This document shows positions 18,526 to 43,232 of a DNA stretch of 64,000 nucleotides, piece by piece. A program made the position numbers and the translations under genes. Location: NCBI RefSeq assembly GCF_009914755.1, contig NC_060945.1; one strand, written 5' to 3'. The number at the start of each line of letters is the position of its first letter. Within the stretch, counting starts at the first letter, position 1. This DNA is from the human T2T-CHM13v2.0 reference genome, Homo sapiens. Under the pieces are notes generated by a model. The model did not search any database and had not been told where the DNA came from. It worked only from the letters and a program-made list of their open reading frames with translations.

Positions 18526-19039
18526 TGTTGGGAACAGGCACCCCAAAATCTGGCCATAAACTGGCCCCAAAACTGGCCATAAAGAAAATCTCTGCCACAC
18601 TGTGACATGTTCGTGATGGCCATGATGCCCATGCTGGAAGGTTGTGGGTTTACTGGAATGAGGGCAAGGAACACCTGGCCCACCCAGAGTGGAAAACCAC
18701 TTAAAGGAGTTCTTAAACCACAAACAGTAGCATGAGTGATCTGTGCCTTAAGGATGTGCTCCTGCTGCAGGTAACTAGCCAGAGCCCATCCCTCTGCTTC
18801 GGCCCATCCCTTTATTTCCCATAAGGAATAGTTTTAGTTAATCTATAATCTATAGAAACAATGCTTATCACTGGCTTGCTGTGATGATTTATGTGGGTAA
18901 ATCTCTGTTCGAGGCTCTCAGCTCTGGAGGCTGTGAGACCCCTGATTTCCCACTCCACACCTCTATATTTCTGTGTGTGTGTCTTTAATTCTTCTAGCGC
19001 CACTGGTTTAGGGTCTCCCCGACCGAGCTGGTCTCGGCA
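18526..19039 (+). mobile_element. MER9 (ERVK/HERV-K9) solo LTR with 6-bp TSD GTGATG
   Basis: Starts tgttgggaacaggc..ccaaaatctggccataaactggcccc and ends gaccgagctggtctcggca; gtgatg at 18520-18525 and 19040-19045. Confidence 0.88.
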
Positions 19040-19103
19040 GTGATGTGCTTTTGTGACTGTTGTATCGAAAAGAAGCAGAATGACCCACATAACCCTCTCA
19101 TTT

Positions 19104-19184
19104 GTAGGTTGGTGCAAAAATAATCGCGGTTTTTGCCCATTGCTTTTAATGGCAAAAATCACAGTTACTTTTGCACCAACCTAA
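19104..19184. mobile_element. MADE1 (Hsmar1-derived MITE), ~80-bp palindrome
   Basis: taggttggtgcaaaaataatcgcggtttttgcc...ggcaaaaatcacagttacttttgcaccaacctaa: two inverted Hsmar1 terminal repeats. Confidence 0.92.
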
Positions 19185-20523
19185 TAAAATGAGGAGGCGG
19201 GGATTTCATTGCTCTTGTCATTTAAGCAGAGTCGTGGTTCTACCTTCCCAGGCCCCTGCCATCCTCCCCATCTAAACTCCCAGGAGAGTTGGCAACCCAC
19301 TTCTGGAAGGCTGCCCACACCTTCTCTAATCTGAGACCAATTGAGAACTCTAACCCAGCTCTAAAACAAATTCTAGTCTTCTAAGAAAAGTAGCAATGAT
19401 GTTAGTAGTTTCCTAATTTTTTATAATCCAGAAATGTCACTCTTATGTGGCAGTGAATTCGCACATTCCCAAGGAACCAAGTGACTCAACATAACACAAC
19501 AGTCACCCCCAGGATGTAATGTGACACGCACAGGCCCCTCCGTTCCAGGAGATGGTTTGCCCATAATCTGGGGACGAAATCGCTGGAGGCCTTGCATGTG
19601 GGTGTTGCGTTACTGTGGGAGGGTTTTGTTGGCATCAAGGCTACCTTTAATGAATGGGCTTTAATAAATCAAAGAGATGTGGCTAATAAATGCGTTTCAT
19701 GACATGCCTTAAACAAAACAAAACAAAAAAAAAACCTCTTGTAACTTTTAAATATTTTGATTTATAAAAAAAGAAAAAAAAAAGACTTCCATTTAAAAAG
19801 TTTCCAATTTGTGGAGATAAAGCTTGTTTTTGTCCTGCCTTCTCCCATCCTCTTTCTGTGCCAGCTCTGCCATGGGAAGGCATTCTTAACATTTTTCTGA
19901 GTTCTTATGGTTGGAAGGGGACTTTGGCTCTTTTGGTGTTTCTATCCAAGCCCTCTTTTCTGCATCAAAGGCCATCGTTCACTCTGGGCCTTTGAAGTCA
20001 GGCAAAATTTTGTTGTTGGTGGGATTTAGCATCTACTCATAAACTGCATATAAATGCCAGTGCGGATATGACTCACCAAAAAGAATCGAACCTTCTGACG
20101 TTCGGGTCAGACTTAGCAGTCTTTTATCTAGAGAAAGAAAACAAAACTTGCCTTGGCTCTAAGTTTAAGCTGTTGAATTAAGATTCCAGTGAGTGGGTAA
20201 AGGGCCTTCGAGACATTTGCTTAGTCACCATTTTCATTTTTCTTCCTCGTGGAGGTTCTTCCTGCGTGTTAAACTACCAGGGCAGGATAGGGATTTTGTG
20301 AGCATCTGTAGGCTGGCTTCTGCTCCCAGCCTTTCATTCATCTTGAATGTTCCCGTCCTCATGGATGAAAGGATAGCAACAAAGTTTGCCAGCAGCAGAG
20401 CTGGTGGTCCTCTTGAGATTCTGTAGTTTTCCTTCTTGTGGTCCAAAATTTTGTCTCACTGTTGTTTCTCTGCTTTTGGTACAAAGTCATGGAAATTTAC
20501 AAGGTACAGAAAGATGGCATTTA

Positions 20524-23150
<2,627 letters not shown>

Positions 23151-23679
23151 AAACTAAAATAACAAATAATACCTACATGCATGGGGATGCCAGTTGAGGG
23201 GCTGGAGGTGAGGTTTAACTGGGCTCTCTCCAGAGAGAGAAAGAAGCTTAATGCTTCTTTCAAGTAATTTCTGGTCTGTCTTTACCTATGTGGATCTCAA
23301 GCCAACATTTGAGAAAAGGCCCCCTTCAGTGAAGGAATGTGTGACCTTAAGTGGTGAGTGAGAGAAACTTCCTTTCTAGCCAGGTCCTTCCTGGGACCTA
23401 ACTCCATGCATCTGCTTCCTTAACGCCAGCACCTCTCCTCCATTTGCCCCTTAGTTTAATTCCCAGGGTCTTTGCGCTTGTCAACAGGTTACTTCCCACC
23501 CGCTTCCTGCAGAGGGCTTTGTTTTCTGGGGTCAGAGACAGCATGAGCCCACAGGGCCATCCCCACTGCCCCCTTCTCAGGGTGCAGCCCCGGGGAAATG
23601 AGCAATGGGACTTGGACAGAGCTCACCAATTCCTTCTGGGGGAAGCTGATGGTGCCTTCAATTTTTGTTTTTGCTTCAG

Positions 23680-23832
23680 ATGAATTAAAAAACAAAACCG
23701 TGTGTGAAGACCAGGAGCTGAAACTGCACTGCCATGAATCCAAGTTCCTCAACATCTACTCTGCGACCTACGGCAGGAGGACCCAGGAAAGGGACATCTG
23801 CTCCTCCAAGGCAGAGCGGCTCCCCCCTTTCG
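23680..23832 (+). CDS. EVA1C: EVA1C coding exon (exon 4), N-terminal part of SUEL domain 2
   Basis: Acceptor ttgcttcag|AT, donor TCG|gtatgt, 153 nt, phase 1-1. Translates (N)ELKNKTVCEDQELKLHCHESKFLNIYSATYGRRTQERDICSSKAERLPPF. Confidence 0.96.
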
Positions 23833-23849
23833 GTATGTGCTTTTGTGTG

Positions 23850-24873
<1,024 letters not shown>

Positions 24874-25524
24874 AGTAGGGTTATACACAGGGCGCCGTCT
24901 GAGTGGATTAGGGCCCTGGCTCCCCAAGAAAGGAAGCTATGCCAGCGGGCAGTGCCTGGATTAAAGGGAAAGTCAAGGGCAGGGAGGAACCGCCACACCA
25001 TGCACAGGCTCTTTCTCCTCCACATTCCTGAATCCCTCAGTTGTTCCGTCATTCCACACTGAGTAGTTATTGAGCACCTGCTGTATGCTGGGCCCTGTTC
25101 TAAGCATGGGGGAGTCATCAATGGCACAACACAAAGTCTACACCCTCGTGGAGCTGACGTTCCAGCAGTGGATGGGGAAGTGGTGAGAAATCAGATAATG
25201 AATGGGTGCATATGTCATATGTCAGGTGCAGATGGGATAAGTGCTAAGGAGAAAAATCCATGGGGAAGGGCAGGTGGAGAAGGCCAGGGGTTCCTGCAAA
25301 GAGGTGCAATTTTAGGGAGTGATGGGCATGCTGGGCTTGGAGGAGGTGAGAAAGTGAGCCTGCAGCCAGTTGGGGACAAGTGTCCAGGTAGAGAGAAGAG
25401 TGGACGCAACGCCCTGAGGCTGGACTGTAGCTGGGTATTCAGTGCTAAGAAGGGCTCTGCAAGTCATTCTTCTTAGAGGTGATGGCCATGGTAGGACTAA
25501 GAGCTTCACTCATCAAGCCCTCCT

Positions 25525-25971
25525 ATATGATTCAGAGAAACAGAACCGATAGGATACGCAGGTGCTTGTATCTATGGAGAGATTTTAAAGAATTAGTTCA
25601 CAGGGTGGTAGGGGCTGGCAAGTCTGAAACCTGTAAGGCAGGCCGGCAGGCTGGAGACCCAGGAAAGAGTTGAGGCTGCAGTTTTACATCTGAATTCTGC
25701 AGGACAGCAGGCTGGAAACTCACGCAGAACTTCTGTGTTGCAGCCTTGAGGAAGATTCCTTTTTAGGGAAACCTCGGTCTTCGCTTCTAAGGCCTTCATC
25801 TGATGAGATGAGGCCCATCCACGTGGTGGAGTTCATCTGCTTGACTCAAAGTCTACTGCTTTCAACATCAGTCACATCTTAACACTTTCACAGCAACATC
25901 TGGGCTGGTGTTTGGCCAGACAACTGGGAGCAATAGCCTAGTCAAATTGACATGTGAAATTAACCATCACA
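25525..25971 (-). mobile_element. Older MLT2-family (ERVL) LTR
   Basis: cagagaaacagaaccgatagga...ggctggcaagtctgaaa...aaattgacatgtgaaattaaccatcaca. Confidence 0.7.
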
Positions 25972-26719
25972 CTCCAATCTGTGCTGGTGAAAAAGCTTGA
26001 TCTCTCTCTGCTGTATTACCAGAGAGAACAGACCCAGCTGTGAAACAGCCCAAGGACCTGCGCTTATTGATCAAAATCTAAAATGAGCTCCTTAATATGT
26101 TAAATTGCTACAATGTATGTGTGGATCGCAGGTGAAATTCAACATTAATTTAAAAAAGAAATGCATGCCTAAGTAATACCTTGGACCTGAAAAAAAGAAA
26201 ATGAACAAAAAGTGAGCTAAGCGCACTTTAACTCAGGTGAGTCTCAAGAGAAAACAAAAAAAGCCATTTGGAACACGTGCCTCCCAAATGCGAAGCCCCG
26301 TATTCCGGGAAGGCCCTTGTGTCGAGAATGGTGGAGGGTCTGTTGGAGGGCAGCCCAGGCAGACTGCAAAAGCAGGCTGGTGTGGGCATACACTGCCCTT
26401 AACTCGATCTGGGCATGAGCATTCCTGTCCTGACAGGCTCAGCAGCCAAATGGGGCAGAGAGGCACGTGTGAGGTGGGTCCCCATTGTCCATTAATGACA
26501 CTACCCACTGTCCTGGTCCAGTAAGTTGACTTGTGAGCTCCTGAACCCCATCTTCCCTCTCTGATAACACCTGCGTGTGTTCATTTCTCTCTCTTAAATG
26601 TCTCCACTCCCTCCTCCTTTCTCCCTGCTACTGCCTTAGGGAAAGGGACCATTGCTGGGCCACTGTAGCCATCTCCTTACTCCCAGGCTTGCCTTTCTCC
26701 CCACAGTGGCCTCAGCTAT

Positions 26720-28716
<1,997 letters not shown>

Positions 28717-29679
28717 TCAGCCAGCAGTGTTAACGCCCTCAGAAACCCTGATGTAGAAAGGACTGTGAAGAAAAGTCTGTGACTCTGCTCTGTGCCCCTT
28801 GCTTGGCTGTTCAAGGTAAAAAGCTCCAGCTCACAGAGTGAAAGCCTGCTCGCCCTTCTCCCTCACAATCAAGCACTTGCGTCCATTGCCCTTGGTGTAC
28901 GTGCAAGGGTGAGGACCAGACTCTTCTCTGCATTTGTGGCCATAGCCAAAATGCCAGAGCCCTTCTTGCCCTGTGCTCTGCAGCACAAAGAAGCTCAAAG
29001 ACAAAAATCAAAGGGCCCTGAGGGTGCCCTGTTCATCAGGTCCTCAGCCTCACATGGAAGGCTCAGCTCTGACCTCACCATTCAGGTCAGTGCTAAGGGC
29101 AGAACCACGCATGCGTGTGGAAATACAAACCTTTGGCTCTCTGAGCTGGTGCATTTTCTCCATCTAATTGAATGCTATGAAATCATTTGCTTCTTGGCCC
29201 AGGAGCCAATAACACCTGCGTGTGTTCCAACAACACCTGTGTGTGTTCAGTTGGATGCTGTGCTCTTCTCTCTCTTAAATGTCTCCACCTTCTCCTCCCT
29301 TCTCCCTGCTACTGCCTTAGGGAAAGGGACCATTGTCGGGCCACTGTAGCTGTACATGAAGGCTTTAAACTGCACTCGGCCTGTTCTCCCCAGAGAATCA
29401 TCAGTTTACCCCTCGTGTCCAAACATGCTTTAATATCATCCACCTGAAAAAGCACACTGTTTTGACCTCCCGTCTCCTACCCGCTATCCGTCCCTCCCTT
29501 CAGTCCCATGGGCAGAGCATTTGCCGTCTGCAGAGAATTTGCAGACAGTCCCAGGGCGGTCCCATGGTGGCACCTCTCTAATCTGTCCACTTTGCTCCCA
29601 GCCTCCTCCGGGCATCTCTCCCCTGGACATCGAAGCTGCCTCCCCTCTTCGCTTAGCAGCCAGAGGGATTGTATTTATT

Positions 29680-30196
29680 TATTTCAAAAAAATTGTTGGA
29701 GACAGGGTCTCGCTCTGTCATCCAGGCTGGAATGCAGTGATGCACCAAGTGCAGCCTTCATGTATGGTCTATCTGAGCCAAGGAGAAAATGCCCTTAGCA
29801 CTGTCCTGAACGGTGAGGTCAGAGCTGAACCTTCCATGTGAGGCTGAGGGCCAGATGAACAGGGCATCCTCAGGACCCTTTGATTTTTGTCTTTCAGCCT
29901 TTTTGTGCCACGGAGCACAGGACAAGAAGGGCTCTGGCATTTTGGCTGTGGCCGTGAATGCAGTGAAGTATTCATCATAGCTCACTGCAAGCCTCCAACT
30001 CATGGGCTCAAGCAATTCTCTCACCTCAGCCTCCTGAGTAGCTGGGACTACAGGTGCATGCCACCATGCCTGGCATGGTGGAGATGAAGTCTTGCTATTT
30101 TGCCCAGGCTGGTCTTCAACTCCTGGCCTCAAGTGATCCTCCCGCCTCAGCCTCCTAAAGTGCTGGGATTGCAGGCGTGAGCCACTGAGCCCGACC
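29680..30196 (-). mobile_element. AluJ-like element split by a ~225-bp inverted templated insertion (29745-29968)
   Basis: The Alu reads ...ctggaatgcagtgatgca [insert] ttcatcatagctcactgca...gggctcaagc. Confidence 0.85.
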
Positions 30197-31323
30197 AGGA
30201 TTTTATTTAAATTAAACCAGAGCACACCGCACCTCCGCTTAAAGCCCTCCACTCTGCACACTGTAATTGGAATACATCAGTCTTCAGCTGTGGTCCTGCT
30301 GCACACGCCTCTTCCCTCACTACCTCTGGAGCACTCCACCTTTATTCATACCCCTGGGCCTTTGCACAAGCTGTCCCTTTGACCTGGACTGTGCTCACCC
30401 CATATCTTGTGTGGCTGGCTTTGCCACACAAGACATCGACCCAGATGTCATCTCAGAGAGGTTTCTCCAGGCACCGGCCAGCATGGCACCTCGTCCCTGC
30501 AGTCCCTCTCTGGCGACCCTTTTGTTGGACTTTCTCCACAGCATGGAGATAGACCATGGTATGTGTGTGTGGTTCATCTCCCCAGGAGCTAAGCAGCTCT
30601 GCAGGGACTGGTCTGTGGAATTCCCAGCAACTTAAGCAGTGCCAGGCATAGAGTGGGTGCTCACGTGAATCTTGAGGCACAGGAATGAATCAGAGCCCCT
30701 CTGAAGTGAGGTGCCCACACTCGGCTCCCGAGGATGGATAATCGTCTGGTTACAGACTGGGAATGTAGGCCTGGTGTCACAGCTTCCAACCTCATGGGAT
30801 GCTGGAAATCTGGATTTTCTTTTTTTCTAAGTGAAATGTTCCAACTTCTAAAACATTGTGTGAGCCAAACAAAACATGCCTCCAGGGCGCACCTGGGCCA
30901 CAGGCTGCCAGTGCATGTGTGATCTCTGCTCTGTGCTCCCATTTACTACTGCAGCTCAGCCTCGCTGCTTTCAAGGGGAAAAGGGTCTTTATCCTTAACC
31001 CTAGAAGCTGGCAGGAGTTTGGTGGGATGATTATGTGAGAGCGAGGGGTTGGTTTCACTGCAGACCTCTGTAAGGGAGCTTTGTGGTGAGTCCTGGAACA
31101 TCTGGTTTGAGAGGATGATTTGTGTATTTTTCCTCTTGCCTATAAGTTAAAGTCTGGCAAAACCCCATTTGCTTTAGACTGGATACCCCCTTGGAACACA
31201 CGCGGTGAAACCCAGTGTCCACAGTGTCTCTCCATGGTCAGGGACCACTTTGGATTTTATAGCAGCTTAGTGTGGCTTTAGTGCTGAGATGCTGTAAAAG
31301 AGCATTTCCAGTTCTTCTAAAAT

Positions 31324-31352
31324 ATCATCATCATCATCATCATCATCATCAT
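31324..31352 (+). repeat. (ATC)n trinucleotide repeat
   Basis: Perfect tandem repeat of about 9 units. Confidence 0.9.
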
Positions 31353-31861
31353 TTTTATTGTTCTGCACAAACACCATCATAATATTTAACAGAAATGAGA
31401 AAAGGATTCAGCCACAAATGTTACTCATCAGCTAAAAAGTTCTTACTTTTTTTTTTTTTTTTTTTGGATTTCTCTCCAAGTCGAGTATGAGCTGAGGACT
31501 GTTTTACGTAATGGCAGTTCTAAGCAGATCCATTTGCAGACTGCCTTATTTTCCTTTGCTTTATATCATGTGTGTTTTTCCACGTGGCCAAAAAAAATCC
31601 TAACAATGCCGAGCACTTCCTAATATCTTGTTAAAAAGACACATCAAATAATTTACGTAACTGTTCCCTGGTGGCCAGATATTTTTCATTTTTTCTGACT
31701 TTCAAGTATTGTAAATAATGTATAATGAGCTTGTGCTTGTAGCTTTCCCTTTCTTCCGGCTGACTTCCAGCTGACTTCCTTGGAATAAATTCCCGGAAGT
31801 TTTATACCAAAAGATGGCATGAGTATGTTTACAGTTCTTCACAGAGTTCTTTCTAAAAACT

Positions 31862-31862
<1 letters not shown>

Positions 31863-31914
<52 letters not shown>
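31863..31914 (+). repeat. (TATC)13 tetranucleotide STR
   Basis: Perfect tandem repeat. Confidence 0.97.
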
Positions 31915-31917
<3 letters not shown>

Positions 31918-32346
31918 ATAAACAGGAATGTATAACTGTGGTTTCCCTGCAACGCTGGCAGCTTTATGTATGATTTTTCTGCATGCTTCCAATTTAAGAG
32001 GTATAAAATAGTCCTTCGATGTGGTTTTTATTTTGCCTTTCTTTGACTGTGAATGACCTTGGCCATTTCCTCATATTTTTGTGGTTATTGTATTTGCACT
32101 TGCACACCTTGTCTCTCTAGCTTTTGCCTCTTTTTTTTTTCCTGTTGGGATCTTTATTGATTTATTTTATGAGTTCTTGGCAGAGTAGGGATAGTAACCC
32201 TTGACATGCTTTTTCTGCTGTAATTATCCCCCTATCCTCGGGTTTTTTGTTTTGTTTTGTTTTGTTTTTTGGCAGTTTGGGTTTGTTATGTAGGGCTGGT
32301 TGCCTTTTTGATTCTGTGTATGTCATATATAGGGAAGTTCAAGAGG

Positions 32347-37257
<4,911 letters not shown>

Positions 37258-39084
37258 TTACACACAGAAAAGTGACTAGGAAGATATTCTTTAAAGGTTA
37301 ATAGCTTTTTTTCTTGATGGTGGGATTTACTAGGGCTTTTTCCCCCAGTTTTGGGCCTCTCTGTACTTCTAAAATGTGAACATGTATTTACTTTGTAACA
37401 GGAAAAAACGATACTACTTATGTTTGGAAACGTTAGACTTCTAAGATAAATTTCACAATTCAGACTATTTGTTCCCAATGCAGGTAGCTTATACAGAAAT
37501 CATATATTCCATTCTATGTTCTTTTGAAACTTAAGGTTTTTTCTACTTAGGGAGAGGAATTCAGTGAAGAAGGGGCTAGTTTTAGGCCACTTACATATAA
37601 GGATTGTGGTTTAGTAGAGAAGAAACAGAACCTTTTTTTTTTTTTTTTGACTGGTAAATGTGCTCAGCTCAAAACCCCAAATAAAACAAAGCTCTTAAAG
37701 ACAACAAAAATATCCTCAGTCAACCCCGTGCAGCCACAAGAAAAAAAAAAAAACTAGAAGAAAAGTTAAAGGATATGTCTTTACTCCTAGATAAACTTTT
37801 CATGACCTCTGGGACAAATTAAGTTATATTAAAAAAAGAGTTTATTAAAATATTCTGAAAAAAATGCCTCTAAGACTCTCACTGTTCAAAAACTGTCTTC
37901 TATTTAGACATAAATTTCATTCTCCTTTTAAAGAAAGATCATTCGATACTTTCATTTCAAAGCATTGTTAAGTCACAAAAGCTTGAAACGTACCTTAAAA
38001 TCGATAAGGGAGAATAAAACACCTTTTTTCAACCAGCCAAAAATACCATCTTGGTGATTCTCCTGCCAATCTTTTTTTATTTCCTATATGCAGATTTGGG
38101 GCCTGAATATTTAGTTCATACCACGCTGTACCATAGATGCTTGTTTTCACTTCAAGGGAGCAAAGAGAGCATGTAATTTAGACTCTAAATTGACGAAGTC
38201 CCAAAGGCCTTTTCCTAAAGTACCATTTCCTACCTGACGTTAGGTGCCCTGATGATGATAATGCTGATTCACATGCGAGGGCGCTGGCATTGTTCCCACT
38301 GCCCACACCACTGCCTTTTTAACAATCACATCATCCCAGGAGCCAGCTCCCAGGAGTTTCTTTGTCCGAGTGAGGAAACTGAGGCTTAGCAAGGTCACAC
38401 TTTTTGCCGCTGCTCTGTTCTGCTGCCCACAGCTGCCACAGATGGTCTTCCGGGACCTTAAACACAGATTTTTCACACAAGCTTAGAGACAGCTGAGGAG
38501 AACAGCAAATGTTTTTGTGGGCTTACCTTCTGCAGTTGCCTCGTACAGACCTCATAGAGATACAGTGAAAAAAGATATTCCTCATGCTACACAGGAGGGA
38601 AACTGAGTCTCAGTGAGTTTATCAGATACCAAGTGCTGGGCAAACAGTAGTGAGCTCACCCTCTTCACAGAAGAACTGAACCCCTTCACGGTTCTCCAAT
38701 GAGTAGAAGAGTTTCCCTGAGACATGAGCTTCCTGCCTTCCCCTACCTGCCCAGTCCCTGGGGTACCTCCTCGGAAGCCCAGGGCTCCCTGGAACATAAT
38801 TTGATGTTGGTGCTCTTGCAGAAGGAACTACCATTTAATATTTATTGAGTCGGACACTGTGTTAATCCATGAGACCCACATGCCTCGAACCCCAGCAGCT
38901 GTCAGCCCAATGGGAGATCCAGGCACAAACAATGAACACAGCACAGCAGAAGCATTGCCACTCTCCTCTGAAGGGTCCTGCTCCATTCAGCAGCCCTGTT
39001 CACGGAACTTCACCCTCTTGTGTTCTGGAACCACTGTCCTGCCCCCTTCAGGGTTTGGGGGTGGTCACATCCCAGTGTTATTCC

Positions 39085-39456
39085 CTTTTTTTTTTTTTTT
39101 TTTTTTGGAGACAGAGTCTTGTTGTTGCCCAGGCTGGAGTGCAATGGCACGATCATAGCTCACTGCAGCCTCAATCTTCCAACTCAAGCGATCCTCCTGT
39201 CTCAGCCACCCAAGTAGCTGGGACTACAGGCTGCAGCCTCAATCTTCCAACTCAAGCGATCCTCCTGTCTCAGCCACCCAAGTAGCTGGGACTACAGGCG
39301 CACACCATCATGCCCAGCTACTTTTAATTTTGTTTTCAGTAGAGACGAGGTCTAGTTTTGTTGCCCAGGCTGATCTTGAACTCCTGAGTTCAAGCAATCC
39401 TCTCACCTCAGCCTCCCAAAATGTTGGGATTACAGGGATGAGCCACCACGCCCGGC
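39085..39456 (-). mobile_element. AluJ-like element with an exact internal 68-bp tandem duplication
   Basis: 39163-39230 equals 39231-39298. Confidence 0.9.
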
Positions 39457-40164
39457 CCTCCCTGCCATTCCTACCCCTGGGGTTCTGCACCATCCTTTGG
39501 GTGTGCCATGTCCTCATCCCATTCCCACCTTTGCAAATGGTCTATTTATTAAGCCCTGATTTGAATGTGGGTGGCCTGTCTGGCGCCCGAATGTGCAGCA
39601 GTGACTATTCCTGCTATACTGGTTGAGCTAAACTTGCCCTTCACAAAGACAGACTTGACGTTTCTGGCATTTGGTATAGACAGGCACTTAAAACATTCTC
39701 TTAAAGCTCAATAGACTTCTTGACTTGCTGTGTTTACTCTTCATTCATGAAGACCCGCCAGAGTAGCTCCAGCAAGCCACTCCTTTAGACTGGAGTACTC
39801 CACTCCCAGGCAGTCAGGGGAAAGATGGATTTATTCCAAGCCCCTAGTGAGTGGCTGGGAAGAGCTGATCCAGGAACCAGACAGAAGGATGGCAGCTTCA
39901 CTGCTTCCTAATGCCCTTGGAGCATCCTTTCTCAGCATAGATTCGATCTCACAGATCAGGCACCCCTACAAAATAACACATTCTAAAGCCAGAGATGTGG
40001 GATGTTTGCATTATGTCATGTTCCAGGCTGTCCATTTCAGACCATGAATTCATTCATTAAGCACTTAATTGTTGAGTGCCTACTGTGTGCCCAGCACCTG
40101 ATTCTTTTTATCAGGCTTGTGGAATGGTACCTTAGCAAAATAAGTCCGAACCTTCATGGATATA

Positions 40165-40204
40165 AGACGAGATCAGGTGCATTCAGGGTGGTATGGCCGT
40201 AGAC
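40165..40204 (-). pseudogene. 5S rRNA 5' fragment (nt 1-40), tailless retropseudogene
   Basis: Minus strand reads GTCTACGGCCATACCACCCTGAATGCACCTGATCTCGTCT, i.e. the 5S rRNA 5' end with three CpG-decay changes. Flanked by ccttcatggatata (40151-40164) and ccttcatgaatata (40207-40220). No poly(A). Confidence 0.92.
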
Positions 40205-40259
40205 GTCCTTCATGAATATATTCAAATCAAGTGCTTTTATGATAATGTTCCTCACTGTT

Positions 40260-40261
<2 letters not shown>

Positions 40262-40298
<37 letters not shown>
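40262..40298 (+). repeat. (TG)n microsatellite
   Basis: About 18 perfect TG units. Confidence 0.97.
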
Positions 40299-40300
<2 letters not shown>

Positions 40301-40452
40301 TTAAATATATTTAAATTGTCCTTCCCTCAAGGGCATTGACTTTCCAATTTTTTAGTGGTTAGCCATAGATCATTCCTTTCAACTGGACCCCTTCACGGTT
40401 CTCCAATGAGTAGAAGAGTTTCCCTGAGACATGAGCTTCCTACTTTCCTCTA

Positions 40453-42723
<2,271 letters not shown>

Positions 42724-43232
42724 CTTACTGTTGTTCTTGACTAACTTCTCCCTCTCTCTGTGTTCAAGTTTTTACCAGGTATTACTGCTTCCTCTATGCC
42801 CCTGTGAGGTATTTCTGACTCTAAATGCCCACCAATCTATATTTTTAAATTTCCTATAATGCTATTATTAGCTGATTCCTTGCTGCCAACATCTGTGGTC
42901 TCATTTAATCCTAAAATTTCTGGAAGAAACACTTTCTTGGAAAAAAGGCCTTAATAGTCCATTTTTACCTTTAAATTCTTTAATATATTTGACATACTCA
43001 AAATAATATGTGTAACACTTATGTAGGTTGTAAAAGGAGAATAATATAGTGCATTACACCCCACAGAACTAGAATCCTACAAATAACTTGGATCTACTTA
43101 TGTTTTTCTCCTCTGTCCTAGCCCTGTCCCTTTCAGTGGTAAATGCTATGTAGAGATTTGTATTTATACAAATATGTTACACATATACTTTTAAATAACT
43201 GTATTATTTAGTTTTTTGGCTAATAAAAATGG

